From the NCBI RefSeq assembly GCF_032062105.1, contig NW_026922193.1, positions 124,001 through 188,000 on the forward strand: 64,000 nucleotides of DNA, read 5' to 3'. Below the pieces are notes generated by a model, which ran no database searches, was not told where the DNA came from, and saw nothing but the letters and a program-made list of their open reading frames with translations. Of the stretch, positions 49,677 to 62,150 are shown in pieces. Position 1 is the first letter of the stretch. Each line of letters begins with the position of its first letter. The translations under genes and the position numbers were made by a program. The stretch comes from Saccostrea cucullata (lineage: Eukaryota).

Positions 49677-51033
49677 TTAAAATCGAGTACATTTGCATAA
49701 TCCATCAATGCAATGGCGACGGTCACGTGGGCAGTCCCACCTCATCAGGTAGGCGCAGTCTCTTTGTGTTTGGCATTCTAGTATTGAAAAGATAAATTAC
49801 AATCAGGTTAACTGCAGATGAAATAAATGTATATATATTTAAATAAAATCCAAATTCAAATGACAAACTCAAACTTTTATCTAAAGCGCTTTCGCCCCAT
49901 GCGGGCTCATCAGTAGATCTACTAATTAGTCCGCATAGGGCGAAAGCGCTTTAGATAAAAGTTTGAGTTTGTCATTTGAATTTGGATTTTATTTTATCCC
50001 TATACCAAGGAAAAATAATTTTTTGAATATATTCAAATATATATTTGATAATTCAAATTTCAGAACATCATAATAGATTCCACAATATCAAAATGATTTT
50101 ATTTTTAATTTAGTAAATCATGAGAGAGAGAGAGAGAGAGAGAGTTCTTGCCTTCTTGCTTTCAAATGCATGTTTGCTTTACTTTTCAAAATTTTTAGCT
50201 ATGTTCATCGTTTAATATCAAAGACATAAAAAATTTCTTACTATGCGTAGTTGGTGCTGTACATGTACACGTATTGTAGACACAGTGGAGCTGGGTGGAG
50301 GAATCACACTGGACATGTGAACAGTCAGAATCACTTCTACACTGCTCTGCAACAGCGCAACCTGTAGAAGAGTCAATAATATTATAGATTGACACATCAC
50401 AGCGGCGCAACCTATAGGAGAGTCAATAATATTACAAATTGACTCAACTCCACAACAGCGCAACCTTTGAGATGCTAAATAAAATTACAGATTTACGCAA
50501 CTCTACAACAGCGCAACCTGTAGGAGAGTCAATTTTATTACAGATCAACACATCTCTGCCGCAGGAAAACCTATCTAGGAGAGTCAGTTGCATTATAGAT
50601 CGAAACCCTCTGACGCAGCAAAACCTATCTTGGAGAGCCAATTATATTACAGATCTAAAATCTTCCATTTTATAGGACAGCTAATTAAATTCCAGATTGA
50701 ATTACATTAGTATATCTCCCACAAGAGAAGTAGGGGGTACTCAGTATACAGTGATCGCGATGTCCGTCCGTCTAGCTGTACGTTCGTCCGTATGTTACGT
50801 TTTGGGTAATATCCATCTCTTCTCCACAACTCCTCTTATGTCACTGAATAAAATAATTCATAAATCCTATGTCCTAATAGGAATTTAACTTTTCCTTATT
50901 TAAATAAAAAAACTATTAGGTAAAAGAAAAAATGAAAACAATTTAGCTAGGTTATTTCTCCTAATTAATACAAATAATTATTAAGATGGTTATTCATACC
51001 AATGACAGCAACTAGAACCAGTAAAGCCTTCAT
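49677..51033 (-). CDS. Cvsi-2-like protease inhibitor, 3 exons (51033-51000, 50361-50242, 49777-49677), 84 aa
   Basis: MKALLVLVAVIGCAVAEQCRSDSDCSHVQCDSSTQLHCVYNTCTCTAPTTHKCQTQRDCAYLMRWDCPRDRRHCIDGLCKCTRF; exon sizes 34/120/101, identical to the 45254-46714 paralog. Confidence 0.88.
49841..49994. repeat. 154-bp near-perfect palindrome centred on AGATCT
   Basis: Two 77-bp arms with no spacer; mismatches lie only in the ribozyme core and stem II. Confidence 0.93.
49879..49918 (-). ncRNA. Minimal type I hammerhead ribozyme motif
   Basis: Minus strand reads ATCTA-CTGATGA-GCCC-GCATG-GGGC-GAAA-GCGC-TT-TAGAT: stem I ATCTA/TAGAT, stem II GCCC/GGGC, palindromic minimal stem III, CUU cleavage triplet. 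Confidence 0.75.
50352..50660 (-). repeat. ~52-bp tandem repeat, ~6 copies, of the intron 1/exon 2 junction
   Basis: Repeated plus-strand CAGCGCAACCTGTAGGAGAGTCAAT...TTACAGAT. Confidence 0.8.
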
Positions 51034-51569
51034 ACTAGCAGTTTTAAATGATTCCTTGTTGACAATTCTAAACTGTGGTTCAAATAAACAGGCCTTTCCT
51101 TAAATAGCAGTACTAGACTTATCAGAGACATAAAGCCTTCGGTCTGTGGACATAGCACGTCCGTCGTGTTGTCCATCTACCATGTAATATGTCTTGCAGG
51201 TTCATAAGGATATAAGGTGTGTTCCCATTTTGCCTTAACTGTGAAATATATAGGTATGAAAAATGTGAAAAAGTTTTAAGGCGAAGTGGGCATAGGATGA
51301 CTTCTTTGTAGTACTAATAATTGTAAATTAATTAGATGTGTGTTTTACCGTACTATAGGAAGTTAATTTCAAAAGATATATTTTGTTTTAAAATGAAAAA
51401 AAATAGTAATATATTAATATTATCAATGGCCTCTAAAATCGTTGTACAATAAAAAAAAACCCATAAAACATAGAGGTAAATAAATATTCATGAAAATGTA
51501 AATTAATTTATGGATATATGTCTTAGAAAATACCAAGTATGGAAAATGATTCATGTAAATCTTAAATGT

Positions 51570-52115
51570 TATAAAATCTTATGCGTAAAAAGAAGAAAAC
51601 ACTTGCTGTGGCTTTTAACTTATACTTATGTCGATATGATATATCTAACAACAAAGCTATATGATAAATGTGATGACTTTAACTTTTCTATCTTAAACCT
51701 CCCTTATTTATGCAGCAATATGCCTTCATCACCTGCATATGGAGTTTATATATCTCAGTTGATTCTATACGCAAGAGCATGCTCTACGATTGAACAATTT
51801 CTATAACGAGTTGATAAAACAAGAATATCAGCAGTCTCGTTTAAAGTCATCATTTCGTAAGTTCTATGGTCGATATAATGATCTTGTCAGCAAATACAAT
51901 TTATCATTGATTCAAATGCTAATTGACATTTTTAATACTAATTGTTAGTCCTTTATTTATACACTGAATTGACTACGAATTATCCCGTTGTTTCCCGATT
52001 ATGACAAGGAGCACAGGGCGGGTGTGACCGGTTGGCAGGGAATTCTTAATCCTCAATGGCACCTGATCCCAACTCCGATGTTTTGGATCGAGGTCCGTGT
52101 TTGCTCTGCTTCTAT
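51570..52115 (+). mobile_element. Penelope-like 3' fragment
   Basis: TKLYDKCDDFNF...PAYGVYISQL..YARACS followed by the family tail. Confidence 0.75.
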
Positions 52116-52211
52116 ATTGTAATGTTTAACAGACTTTTGATCTGAACTCTATTCATTATATCCAAATGTTTCATTTCAGTCAGTATTCTACAGTATTTTT
52201 GATGCTTAAAG

Positions 52212-55200
52212 TACGAAAGCCCAGAAGGCTCATTCGAGATTCGAGATTCAAAATACGAGATTCGAAATTCGAGATTCGAAATACGAGTTTCGAGATTCAA
52301 GATCCAAACTAACCAATCAAAAGCGGATTCAACATTTGATTACTCCCCTTTATTATGTTTTTACTATCAAGAAATCGTTTAAAATAATTATAACCAATGG
52401 GTCATTTGATTAAATTACAATGCAAGAAAGGTTGTTTTATATATATTAGAAGGAAATTTAATAATTATTGGATTTTTGCAACAAGATATACTTCAATTTA
52501 TATTATAGCTTCTTAAATATTAAATAGATTACATGTATCAGGAGTATATATATTTTTGTATTATCTTCTACACTTATGTTTTTTTTTTTTGGTATTTCCG
52601 CGCATAGGAAAACCACAGGTACTTGTGGACAGGACCCCTCCCCCCTCCCCCCCTCGATATTCAATACCAGGGCTTACTGGACATTTTTTTTAACAAATTA
52701 TATTTATTACACTTATTAATAGCCATTCTCTGTAGCCACTTAAACTTCGTTGCCACGCATGGTCACCGATTTTGATGAAACTTCACCCATGCTTAGTACT
52801 TGACACCAGAAACAAATATCAAACAAAATTTCGTTGCTATGTGTCTCGGTTGCTATGGCAACAACCGGAAAAGTTTGAAAAATCGAGATTTTCAGCCACT
52901 TTAAATCTTGACTGTGGCTTAATAAAAACTAGAAAAAGCAAACAAGTCATTTTCACAAAGACATGACACCTTGGTGTCACTTATACTGTAAAGAAAATGT
53001 TTAGAATATATCTCTAAGTAAGTGGTAACCAAGGATACATTTGGAATACTTTTAAAAAATGCTGAAATATGCTGAAAAATACTCCGTATTCACTAGTTGT
53101 AGGTGTTACATGCTCAAACTCAATCAACGACTTAAGAAAAACAATGAAAATGTTTGAACTTAAGTATATGAGTATAAGCAATATTATTCTATAAATACCT
53201 TTTATGGTTGCCATGGTAACACAGTGTAACCATGCAAAACCAGTAACTAAGTTTGGGTTAATGCTACTGTCTTGAGGAAAAACATGAAAACTCAAAACTG
53301 GCAAATATGCATCCTTAGGACCTTACAACACCAAAACCATAAGAAAAATTGGGTATAATTGCTACTTTGCAGTGTTACCATGGAAACAAAGTACCAGTGC
53401 TTAAAAGTGAATTATTTTTCGCTGCATTCAGAATTAAATTGCCATATAACCACTAAACAAATTAAAGGACTGAGGTTGAATCATACTTATCTGTTAGAAC
53501 TGAAGTTGAATATCATATATTGATAAAATTTGATGAAGAAAACAACACTGTTGCTATGGTTACCAAGAAGGGAAAATGTTCGATTTTGTGAACTTTATAT
53601 TAGTATTAAACCCTGTGTGCCAACTTCTTGCATCCACTTAGAGATTGGATGATAGTCAAAATTAAAAGTCAGGTAAGCTGTTAATAAATATCAATCACAA
53701 AAGTTTTGGGAATCTACATTTAAGGGTACGTATCCAAGGACAGAAAATATTTTTCAGGTTTTTAAGCATATATTTTCTGCTTATTTCCATAGCAACGCTC
53801 TATTTAAAGAATCTAAACCGAATTTTTTCAAATGGGAAAACTAGAAGCACACCAACATCTTCAAAAATTGATTATCAGTTATGAGGAAATGTGCTTTTTT
53901 AAAAGATAGGATCAGATTGAAACAAACAGAGTGTTACTTTGAAGGCTCTCTGTGGTATAAAAACCTTGGCAACCATTGCCACCCAAAATAAAATATCATA
54001 TTTTGTTCTTGGTATATGTTTCAAGGCTCGTTTTTCTATTATTTGGTCACATATTTTCCTATAATTGCTTTTTATTTTTACGTGTATGACTTTATAAAAT
54101 TCAATGAATATTTTTTCACTTTTGAATACTTTGTTGCCATAGTAACGTATGTAATAGTTGATTTACCAAACATGTTTATCATGCATTTGAGACATCTGAC
54201 CTTCAACTTTTGGAAACAGTCATTGCCAATTGTTTGCTTTGCCGCAAATGTTAACTATGGGGCTCTAAACATGTTAAAAAATGCCGTTTTTCGAACTTTA
54301 AGACATGTTGCCATGGTAACTATAAAACATAGCAACCAATTTTTGCCTGATTTCAGTTTAGGGTATCAAAAACTTTTATCATAGAGAGTTTCGAGAAATT
54401 CTGAGACTATGCGTGCCATAGCTCCTATATAAAAGTTCAAGTCATTACAGAGAATGGCTCTTAATGTGTACAATACGAAAACATCACGAGCGTAAAACCC
54501 CCAGAATAATCGTTTAACCAAAAAAAAAAAAAACACTATACATTACCCCACCCCACTATACAAGAGAGGTGTCATTTAAGGAGAAAATGTGGGATTATTA
54601 CGAGATGCAGAGTCAATCCGATAGCATGGACTAAGACAGAAATATATGTAGAGATAGTTAATTTTAAGCAACATTTTAAGTTAAAATAAATGAATGGTTT
54701 TATACCTAGAAATAGCAGCGGGCGTACAACGTAAACAAACTGGAGTGCTTGTGGCATATTTTCTCTCTTATAATTTATAGTGGGGTATTTTTTGTGTTGA
54801 GCGATTATTCTGGGTTTTTACGATTTTTTTTGGCATTGAACACACGATGAATAAGTGTATTAGATATATGTTGTGAAAAAAAGTCCAATAAGGGTTGGAC
54901 ATCGGGGGGGGGGGGGGGGGGGGTGCCCTGTTGACAATTACATTTGGTTTTTTATGCCAGGAAATACATAAAAATTAAGTTTAGAAGACAATACAAATAT
55001 ATATATATACTCATGATATAAGTAATCTTTTTAATATTTAAGAAGCTACAATATAGATTGAAGTATATCTTTCTGATCAAAAATCCAAAAATTATTAAAA
55101 TTTCCTTCTAAAATATATTACACACTTTCTTGCATTGTAATATAATTAAATGTACCCATTTGTTATAATTATTTCAAACGATTTCTTCATAGTAAAAACA

Positions 55201-55842
55201 TAATAAAGGGGAGTAATCAAATGTTGAACCCGCTTTTGATTGGCTAGTTTGGATCTTGAATTTCATATGGAATTTATGTATCTCAATTTCGAATCTCGTA
55301 TTTGAAACTCGCTTCTGATTGGTTAGTTTGGATCTTGAATTGAAACTCGAATTTCGAACACATAAAATTTCAAATTCGTACTTTGAAACTGAATATCGAA
55401 TGAGCCTTCTGGGCTTTCGTAATATACTCATGATATAAGTAATCTTTTTAATATTTAAGAAGCTATAATATAGATTGAAGTATATCTTTCTGATCAAAAA
55501 TCCAAAAATTATTAAAATTTCCTTCTAAAATATATTACACACTTTCTTGCATTGTAATATAATTAAATGACCCATTTGTTATAATTATTTCAAACGATTT
55601 CTTCATAGTAAAAACATAATAAAGGGGAGTAATCAAATGTTGAACCCGCTTTTGATTGGCTAGTTTGGATATTGCAATTTCGAATCTCGAATTTCGAAAA
55701 GAATTTCGAATCTATACTTTGAAACTCGCTTCTGATTGGTTAGTTTGGATCTTGAATTGAAAACTCGAATTTCGAATCTCGAATTTCGTAAAATCTTGTA
55801 CTTTGAAACTCGAATCTCGAATGAGCCTTCTGGGCTTTCGTA
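52212..55842. mobile_element. Foldback-like element with long inverted arms, a nested TTAA insertion and a duplicated right end
   Basis: Begins TACGAAAGCCCAGAAGGCTC and ends GAGCCTTCTGGGCTTTCGTA at 55421 and again at 55842; arms mirror each other over ~600 bp. Confidence 0.7.
52720..54460. mobile_element. TTAA-targeting non-autonomous DNA transposon (Kolobok-like)
   Basis: TIR AGCCATTCTCTGTA / TACAGAGAATGGCT; TTAA at 52716-52719 and 54461-54464; no long ORF. Confidence 0.75.
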
Positions 55843-56044
55843 TTAAAGTCTATTGACTTCATTTTTTTCATCTATTTGTTTAAGGTTTTGTATCATTCTT
55901 GCATAATATTCCATTATTTCTCATTTCCACTTTGAGCAAATAACTTGAAATCTCTGAAATCTGTGAAATTTTGCCATGCAATGCAAACAATACTTATACG
56001 CATAATTATATGTTTATATTAGTTCCCATTTCGTCTTAATGAAG

Positions 56045-56210
56045 GATATGGAGATAACGAAAAGTATTCAATATCAAAGTCCATAAAACAATACAAAATA
56101 GGAGCAGAGCAAACATGGACCTCCAAAACATCAGAGTGGGATCAGGTTCCATGGAGGAGTAAGCATTCCCCGCCGAGTGGTCACACCCGCCGTGTGCTCC
56201 TTGTCATGGG
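56045..56210 (-). mobile_element. Penelope-like 3' tail (solo)
   Basis: Reverse complement of the family tail. Confidence 0.65.
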
Positions 56211-58049
56211 AAATAAACGCAAGAAGGTAATATATAAGGCGAAATGGGAATAGCACATTTTACAGTGAATACGAAATGGGACAAACCTGATTATTATATG
56301 ACTGAATAATTTCCATCTCTCTGATTGGCTGAGATCCAACTATGTTAGAAAAATACTACATTGTATTGACCTGCACGTGACGTTCCAGGTCAATACAAGG
56401 AATTATTTCCTCTACATTGATCTAAAAATAGATCGGGAAATTCCAAATTGACACAAATTGTTTTGGAAAGCTATTTTTAAAAAACGACTGTGATTTTCTT
56501 TTCATGTGAAAAAAAAACATAAGCGAATATATATTTTAGGGTGAGGATGGTACATGTAAGAGGGGATGCAGGGATCCCCCTCCATCACTTTAACTGAACA
56601 ACATGTTTTTTTTTTACTTTTTGGCCGTCAGTTTTCCCTGAAAATACTCCTACCTTTCAAAATCAATCCTATAAAAAGACTGACATTAAATTATTTTTTC
56701 ATGGCAACTAAAATTGGTTTAAAAAAAACCCATTTCAAATTGATACGACTGGTAAGGTTTATTCACATTTTAATTCTGTTTCTCTCTTGTATTTGGCTAG
56801 GACTTAATTAAATGCAAGTTAACAAGTATATCTGTATCATTTTATCAGTGAATCATATAATAAAACAAATTGCTGTTTTTTAGAACAATTTTTAGCCATC
56901 TTTGAGAATTTCCACAAATTTTCGCCCTTCGGGTCTCATGATAGATTTTATGCCTCAGATATAAATCATTGTATTGACCTCAAAAAACAGCAATAATTGT
57001 ATAATATTATATGGTCATAATCACTATATACAAAGTAATTAAGTGTGGGTGTTCATTAAAAAGATTACTCAAATTAAAAATTTAAAAAAATCCAATTGGA
57101 TTATAACTTAAAATCAGGACACCCCGTCTTACAAAAAAACCATTATTGTTTCTCGTAGTTCATTCTACAAAGTTCATATCTTTACTACTCACAGAATTAT
57201 GTCTGGAAAGACAAACGTCGACATACTGTGTAGAAATTCAGGAAAATTTGAATGTTTATTTAAATGTACATCACCAAAAACTGCAAAGAAATTTTTAGAA
57301 AAGTAAATATTACGTATTTTACAGGATCATCAGATCAAAACGAATAACTTTTCAATTCAATATTCAGTAAAATTTTTAGATCATTAACAAAGGAGACAAA
57401 TTTATCTGGTTAATAAACTTATGAAGACAAACTAATTTTTATAAAGCTAAGTGATTACCTTATCAAAGATTTCAAAATAAGGTTATAATGGCATGAGTTT
57501 ACACAATGAATAAAATTGGATATGTATATTCTCTACATATGTGCTTATAACGTAAAATTTTCTAGACACATATAAGTATTTGTAATATATACAAATATAT
57601 CCTTATATCAAATCTGGTACAAATTGCCAATACATGTGTTTGACATGTTATTTGCAATTTGATAGCCCCAAACTGCTGCATCTAGTCACTTGCATGGATT
57701 ATATCAGATATACATGTATGCATGTTTCTGAGGGAGGGTGTGTTTGTGTGTGTTTACTGGTGTATATGTAACCTTTCTTTCAGAATTTTCTATCTTATCA
57801 TTGTAAAAACCGTGTATGCCTTCGAATTCTGGGCCAAAAATTGGAGAAATAAAATTATATTATCATATACAATAATCACCCAAGATAATTAAAAACAAGG
57901 TTTTTTAATATAATACAATCAAAATGAATATCGAAGTTTTTTATGTGCTTTGTTGATAATTAAAAGATCGTATTAATTGAGGGGCAATATGAAATACATA
58001 TATCCTTCTGTATTCAATAATTCAGATGTGAAAAATAGAATTAGATAGA

Positions 58050-59580
58050 TTACATGATTAGCACGTACTGGTTCCTGCTGAGAAGCTTCGTTTGTAAGGC
58101 TTTTTATATAAATTGTATTTTAGAAGAACTTTTCTAATTCTACAAGAGGTAATCCAACCTATGCTCATCGTTACCTTTCTAAGGAAGAAATTCTTCAAAT
58201 TCATATGTCAGTTTTGAATATTTGTAATATCTTAAAGAACCAAAATGAATTTGAACCACCGTATATATGTAAGACTTCAAGGTGCGATGGGACTCCAAAG
58301 TCCGAAGTACATGCCAAAGTCTGATGGTCTACGCCAAACCCCGATGGTTTGTCACGCCAAAGTCCGATGGTGCGGAAAACAATTAACGGGGACTAATCCT
58401 AAACATCTAAAGTTGGTGCGAAGCAAGAACTAACCTAATCAGTCGAGTGGTGTGCGAGGACTAATCCTAGTACTTAGTACCTCTGAATAAGCAAAAACAA
58501 TAAAATTGTATGCGAGAACAAATTCAGAAATGATGGCTTTTGAATGCAGGACAACGGCGTCACAGATTGACGTTGGATTATTGTTACGTCACAAACGTTG
58601 ATTGTTTCTCCGCACCATCGGACCTTTGTAATTTAGCGCAGCTAGTCTCATAGGAAACGAGCCATCGGACTTTGGATTGGCATCGCACTTTGGCGTCCGT
58701 ACTTACAACAAACCATCGGAGTTTGGCGCAGACCATCGGGGTTTGGCAATACCATCGGACTTTGGTGTCACAATCGGACTCTGGAGTCTTACATATATAT
58801 TGGATTCCGAATCTTACAAAGATACATTGCGGGTTCCAGTAAATGTTCAACCATGCCTCTTTCTTTACGCCTCACTAAAATATAGACAGTGGTGAAGGAA
58901 AAACTTCAAGAGTACTGTGCAATAATATATTCAAGAAATTGTTTGAATCAGACGTGGATGCTCAAAAATTCCAAATAACTTTTGGACAATTTGAAACCAC
59001 AAGATTTTACCAAAATCAACAGCTTAAAAACTTACGAATTTTCAACTTCATACACAAACAATCCTCACGATAAATTACAGAACAGGCTTTTAAATATTAT
59101 TGATAGATGTTTTGTCAATAAAAATGGAACTCATAAATTTGCTTACCTGGTCATTGGTCATTTGCAAAATTATTTTGTTAAAACACATTCTGATTGCACG
59201 CATACATACTCTGAAGTTGACACCAAAAAGATGTTTGAGTTTCTGATTGACAATATCTATGTGGTTTTTGGAGACCAGGTCTTCCAACAAGCTATTCCCA
59301 TGGGTACTAATTGAGCTCCATTATTAGCAGACCTATTTTTGTATTATGAAGCAGAATTTGTGCAAAATCTTATGCGTGAAAAGAAGGAAACACTTACTGT
59401 GGCTTTCAACTCAACATAAAGATATATCGACGACGTATTGTCAATTAATAATGGTAATTTCCATTCTTATGTCGATACGATATATCCTGGTGAGCTTGAA
59501 TTAAAAGATACCACAGAGTCTGACACAAATGTTTTATATTTGGATATTTTACTTGTTGCATATGGAGTTTATGTATCTCA
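58050..59580 (+). mobile_element. Penelope-like RT remnant
   Basis: YWIP, TYEFST, AIPMGTN, RYIDDVLSINN; split by the 58268-58793 insertion. Confidence 0.78.
58268..58793. mobile_element. Non-autonomous TGT...ACA TIR element (Ginger-like) inserted at TATA
   Basis: Ends TGTAAGACT / AGTCTTACA; subterminal CCAAAGTCCGATGG repeats in mirror orientation; TATA on both flanks. Confidence 0.7.
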
Positions 59581-59629
59581 TATGTTTCATCTCCATATAA
59601 TTCGACGTGACACTTTGTCATATTGGATT

Positions 59630-60350
59630 AGAAGTATTTGTTGGATGTTCTTCTTTTAACACGTAAGATTTTGCACAAATTCTGCTTCATATGAATACAA
59701 AAATAGGTCTGTTAATAGCGGAGCGCAATTGGTACCCATGGGAATTCCAATAGATTTTTGGAAGACCTGGTATCAAAACCAACATAGATATAGTCAATCA
59801 GAAACTCAAGCATCGTTTTGATGTCGACTTCAGAGTACTTGTGTGTACAATCAAATTGTTTTCAACAAAATAATTTTGCAAACGACCAATGACCAGGTAA
59901 GTAAATTTACGAGTTCCATTTTTATTGCAAAAGCAGCTGTCAATGATATCGAAAAGAATGGACTATAATTTACCGTGAGGAATGGTTGCGTATAAAGTTG
60001 AAAATTCGTAAGTTTTTAAGCTGTTGATTTTTTGGTAAAATTTCGTGATTTCAAATTGTCCAGAAGTTCCTTGGAACTTCTTTGCACCATTTCTTTACAT
60101 CACTTCTTGAATATATTGTTGTATAGTACTCTTGAAGTTTCTCCTTCACTGCTGTTAATATCTCAGAGAGGAGTAAAGAAAGAAGCATTATTGAACATTT
60201 ACTGGAACCCGCTATGTATCTTTGTTTGTAAGGATTCTTATGAAGTTTCGGAATCCAACATATATATCGTAGTTCAAAATCCTTTTTGTACTTTGGGATA
60301 TTCAAAATATTCAAAACTGACATGTGATTTTGAAGAATATCCTCCTTATA
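59630..60350 (-). mobile_element. Penelope-like RT remnant, inverted relative to the 58050-59580 copy
   Basis: WIPKLHKNPYKQRYIAGSSKCS and GIPMGTNCAPLL on the minus strand. Confidence 0.78.
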
Positions 60351-60399
60351 GATAACTTCAAGCCCAATTTTCAAGCCCAAAAGCCATTCAAACAATGCA

Positions 60400-61170
60400 A
60401 ATTAGGAGCAGAGCAAACACGGATCTCTAAAACACCAGAGATGGGATCCGTTGCCATGGAGGAGTAAGTATCCCCTGCCCTCCTGTCACACGTAATCCAC
60501 TGTGTGTTCCCTGTCATGATCGGGAAATAACGGACACATCCGCTGACACCTCACAGTGTAAATAATGGCCGAACAATTAGTATGAAAAATGTCAGACAGA
60601 ATATTTCAGTGATCTTACGATAAAAGACGTTACGTGGTCATCTGTTTCATAACTGAATGTCTTACTGAATATTGAGGATAAGGGCTAACTAACAATTTTA
60701 TTGTATGATATCGATATAATTCCTGTTTTTCTATCATTAACTTTTCTTGTTGATGTAACACTTCACTATCACCTGCCTAAGGTATCTACGTCTCCCATCG
60801 TATTTGCAAATAAAGAGAATGCTCCAAGTACTGTCAACTTTTTAAACCGAGGCAGGCTAATCACAAATAAGTGGATGTTACAGGGGTTTCAGCATACTCG
60901 TTAATGTTGAAAGTCAGCACGTCGTAAATTCTTTGGTCGCTTTAATGACCATACTGGAAAATATAAGATAAATTTGGGTCTTTTTGGGGTCCCTTACTTC
61001 AAGCCAATTGCTAGGCCTTTGTTTTACATTAAATTAGACTACGGAACTTTCATTCTCGTTGATTAATACAAAGGGCTCAAGTCGGTTATAACCGGCCAAC
61101 AGGGGATGCTTATTCCTCCTTGGGACCTAATCCCTCCACTTGAATTTCAAGCTGTCCGTTTCATGCCGTG
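60400..61170. mobile_element. Older Penelope-like tail fragments (minus 60400-60600; plus 60700-61170)
   Basis: Diverged copies of the same tail and RT thumb motifs. Confidence 0.55.
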
Positions 61171-62049
61171 CTGTTTTTATGTTTTATGCCTATAATTTTT
61201 AACCTCATACATATATACGTAATTATGTACTAGAATACAGAGAAGTTTGAAAATGTATAGTATTTCATTCATTTTCTATTTATTAAACTGATAATAAGTC
61301 CAAAGGGTTAAACATTTAGTTCTTTTGGTGCTAACTGACCATGGAATATTGTTTACTTGGTAAACAAGGGATGCTTTTCTCTCCTGGGCAACTGATCCAT
61401 CTTTGATTTACTCGATCAGGGTACCCTATTTAAAATTTTGATCGCTCAATAATCGTTATCTTAACCTTTAAAATCCATATTACAGGCACTTAGTATCAGG
61501 CTCAGATGGAAAGGGCTGGCTCCATTTTTTTAACATAAACTTTACTGTTATGAATGTTAATTAAAAGGTTACCCCCCCCCCTCCTGCAGTACAGTCAAAT
61601 ATACAAGAAATAGGATTTTCATCCCCCCCCCCCATCCCTTCCTTTTTGGTCCATAATTATACGTCAGTAAAGTAGTGTTGGATCTAGTGGGACAGCTTGA
61701 AAACAAAGTACGTCAGTAAAACTGTCATTTTTTCTATCTGTCCCACTTTTAAAAGCGGATGCTAAATCTATCTTTCGTATAAGCTTATATTAAGTGCGTT
61801 TACGAAATACATTGTACACTATATAGACATCCATTTTTATTATTTATTTTTTTGCATAGTTATGGTACATATATATTTTTAAACTGTGTATCAGACTCTT
61901 TGAATTCAAACTGTATGTCAAAGCCTAAGATTTAAAAGAGGAATTAGCGCTATTTTAAGAGTATTATGTAAGTCCATGCTGTCTAAGACAATCAGAGAGA
62001 TAGATCCGGTAGTGCCTTAGTCTACGTGTAATGTCAGGTGCACCAAACT

Positions 62050-62150
62050 GACTCATTGATTAGGATCTCTCAAAAATGGCGCGGTACTTCCTCATTCAGG
62101 GAACTCTTCAAATTCCCACGCCATTGACCAATCAAAAGTCTTCCGGGTTT
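62050..62150 (+). promoter_or_regulatory. Candidate promoter of the SAM/Pointed gene
   Basis: YY1-like AAAATGGCG, CCAAT box and TGACTCA clustered upstream of the first recognisable coding exon. Confidence 0.35.
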
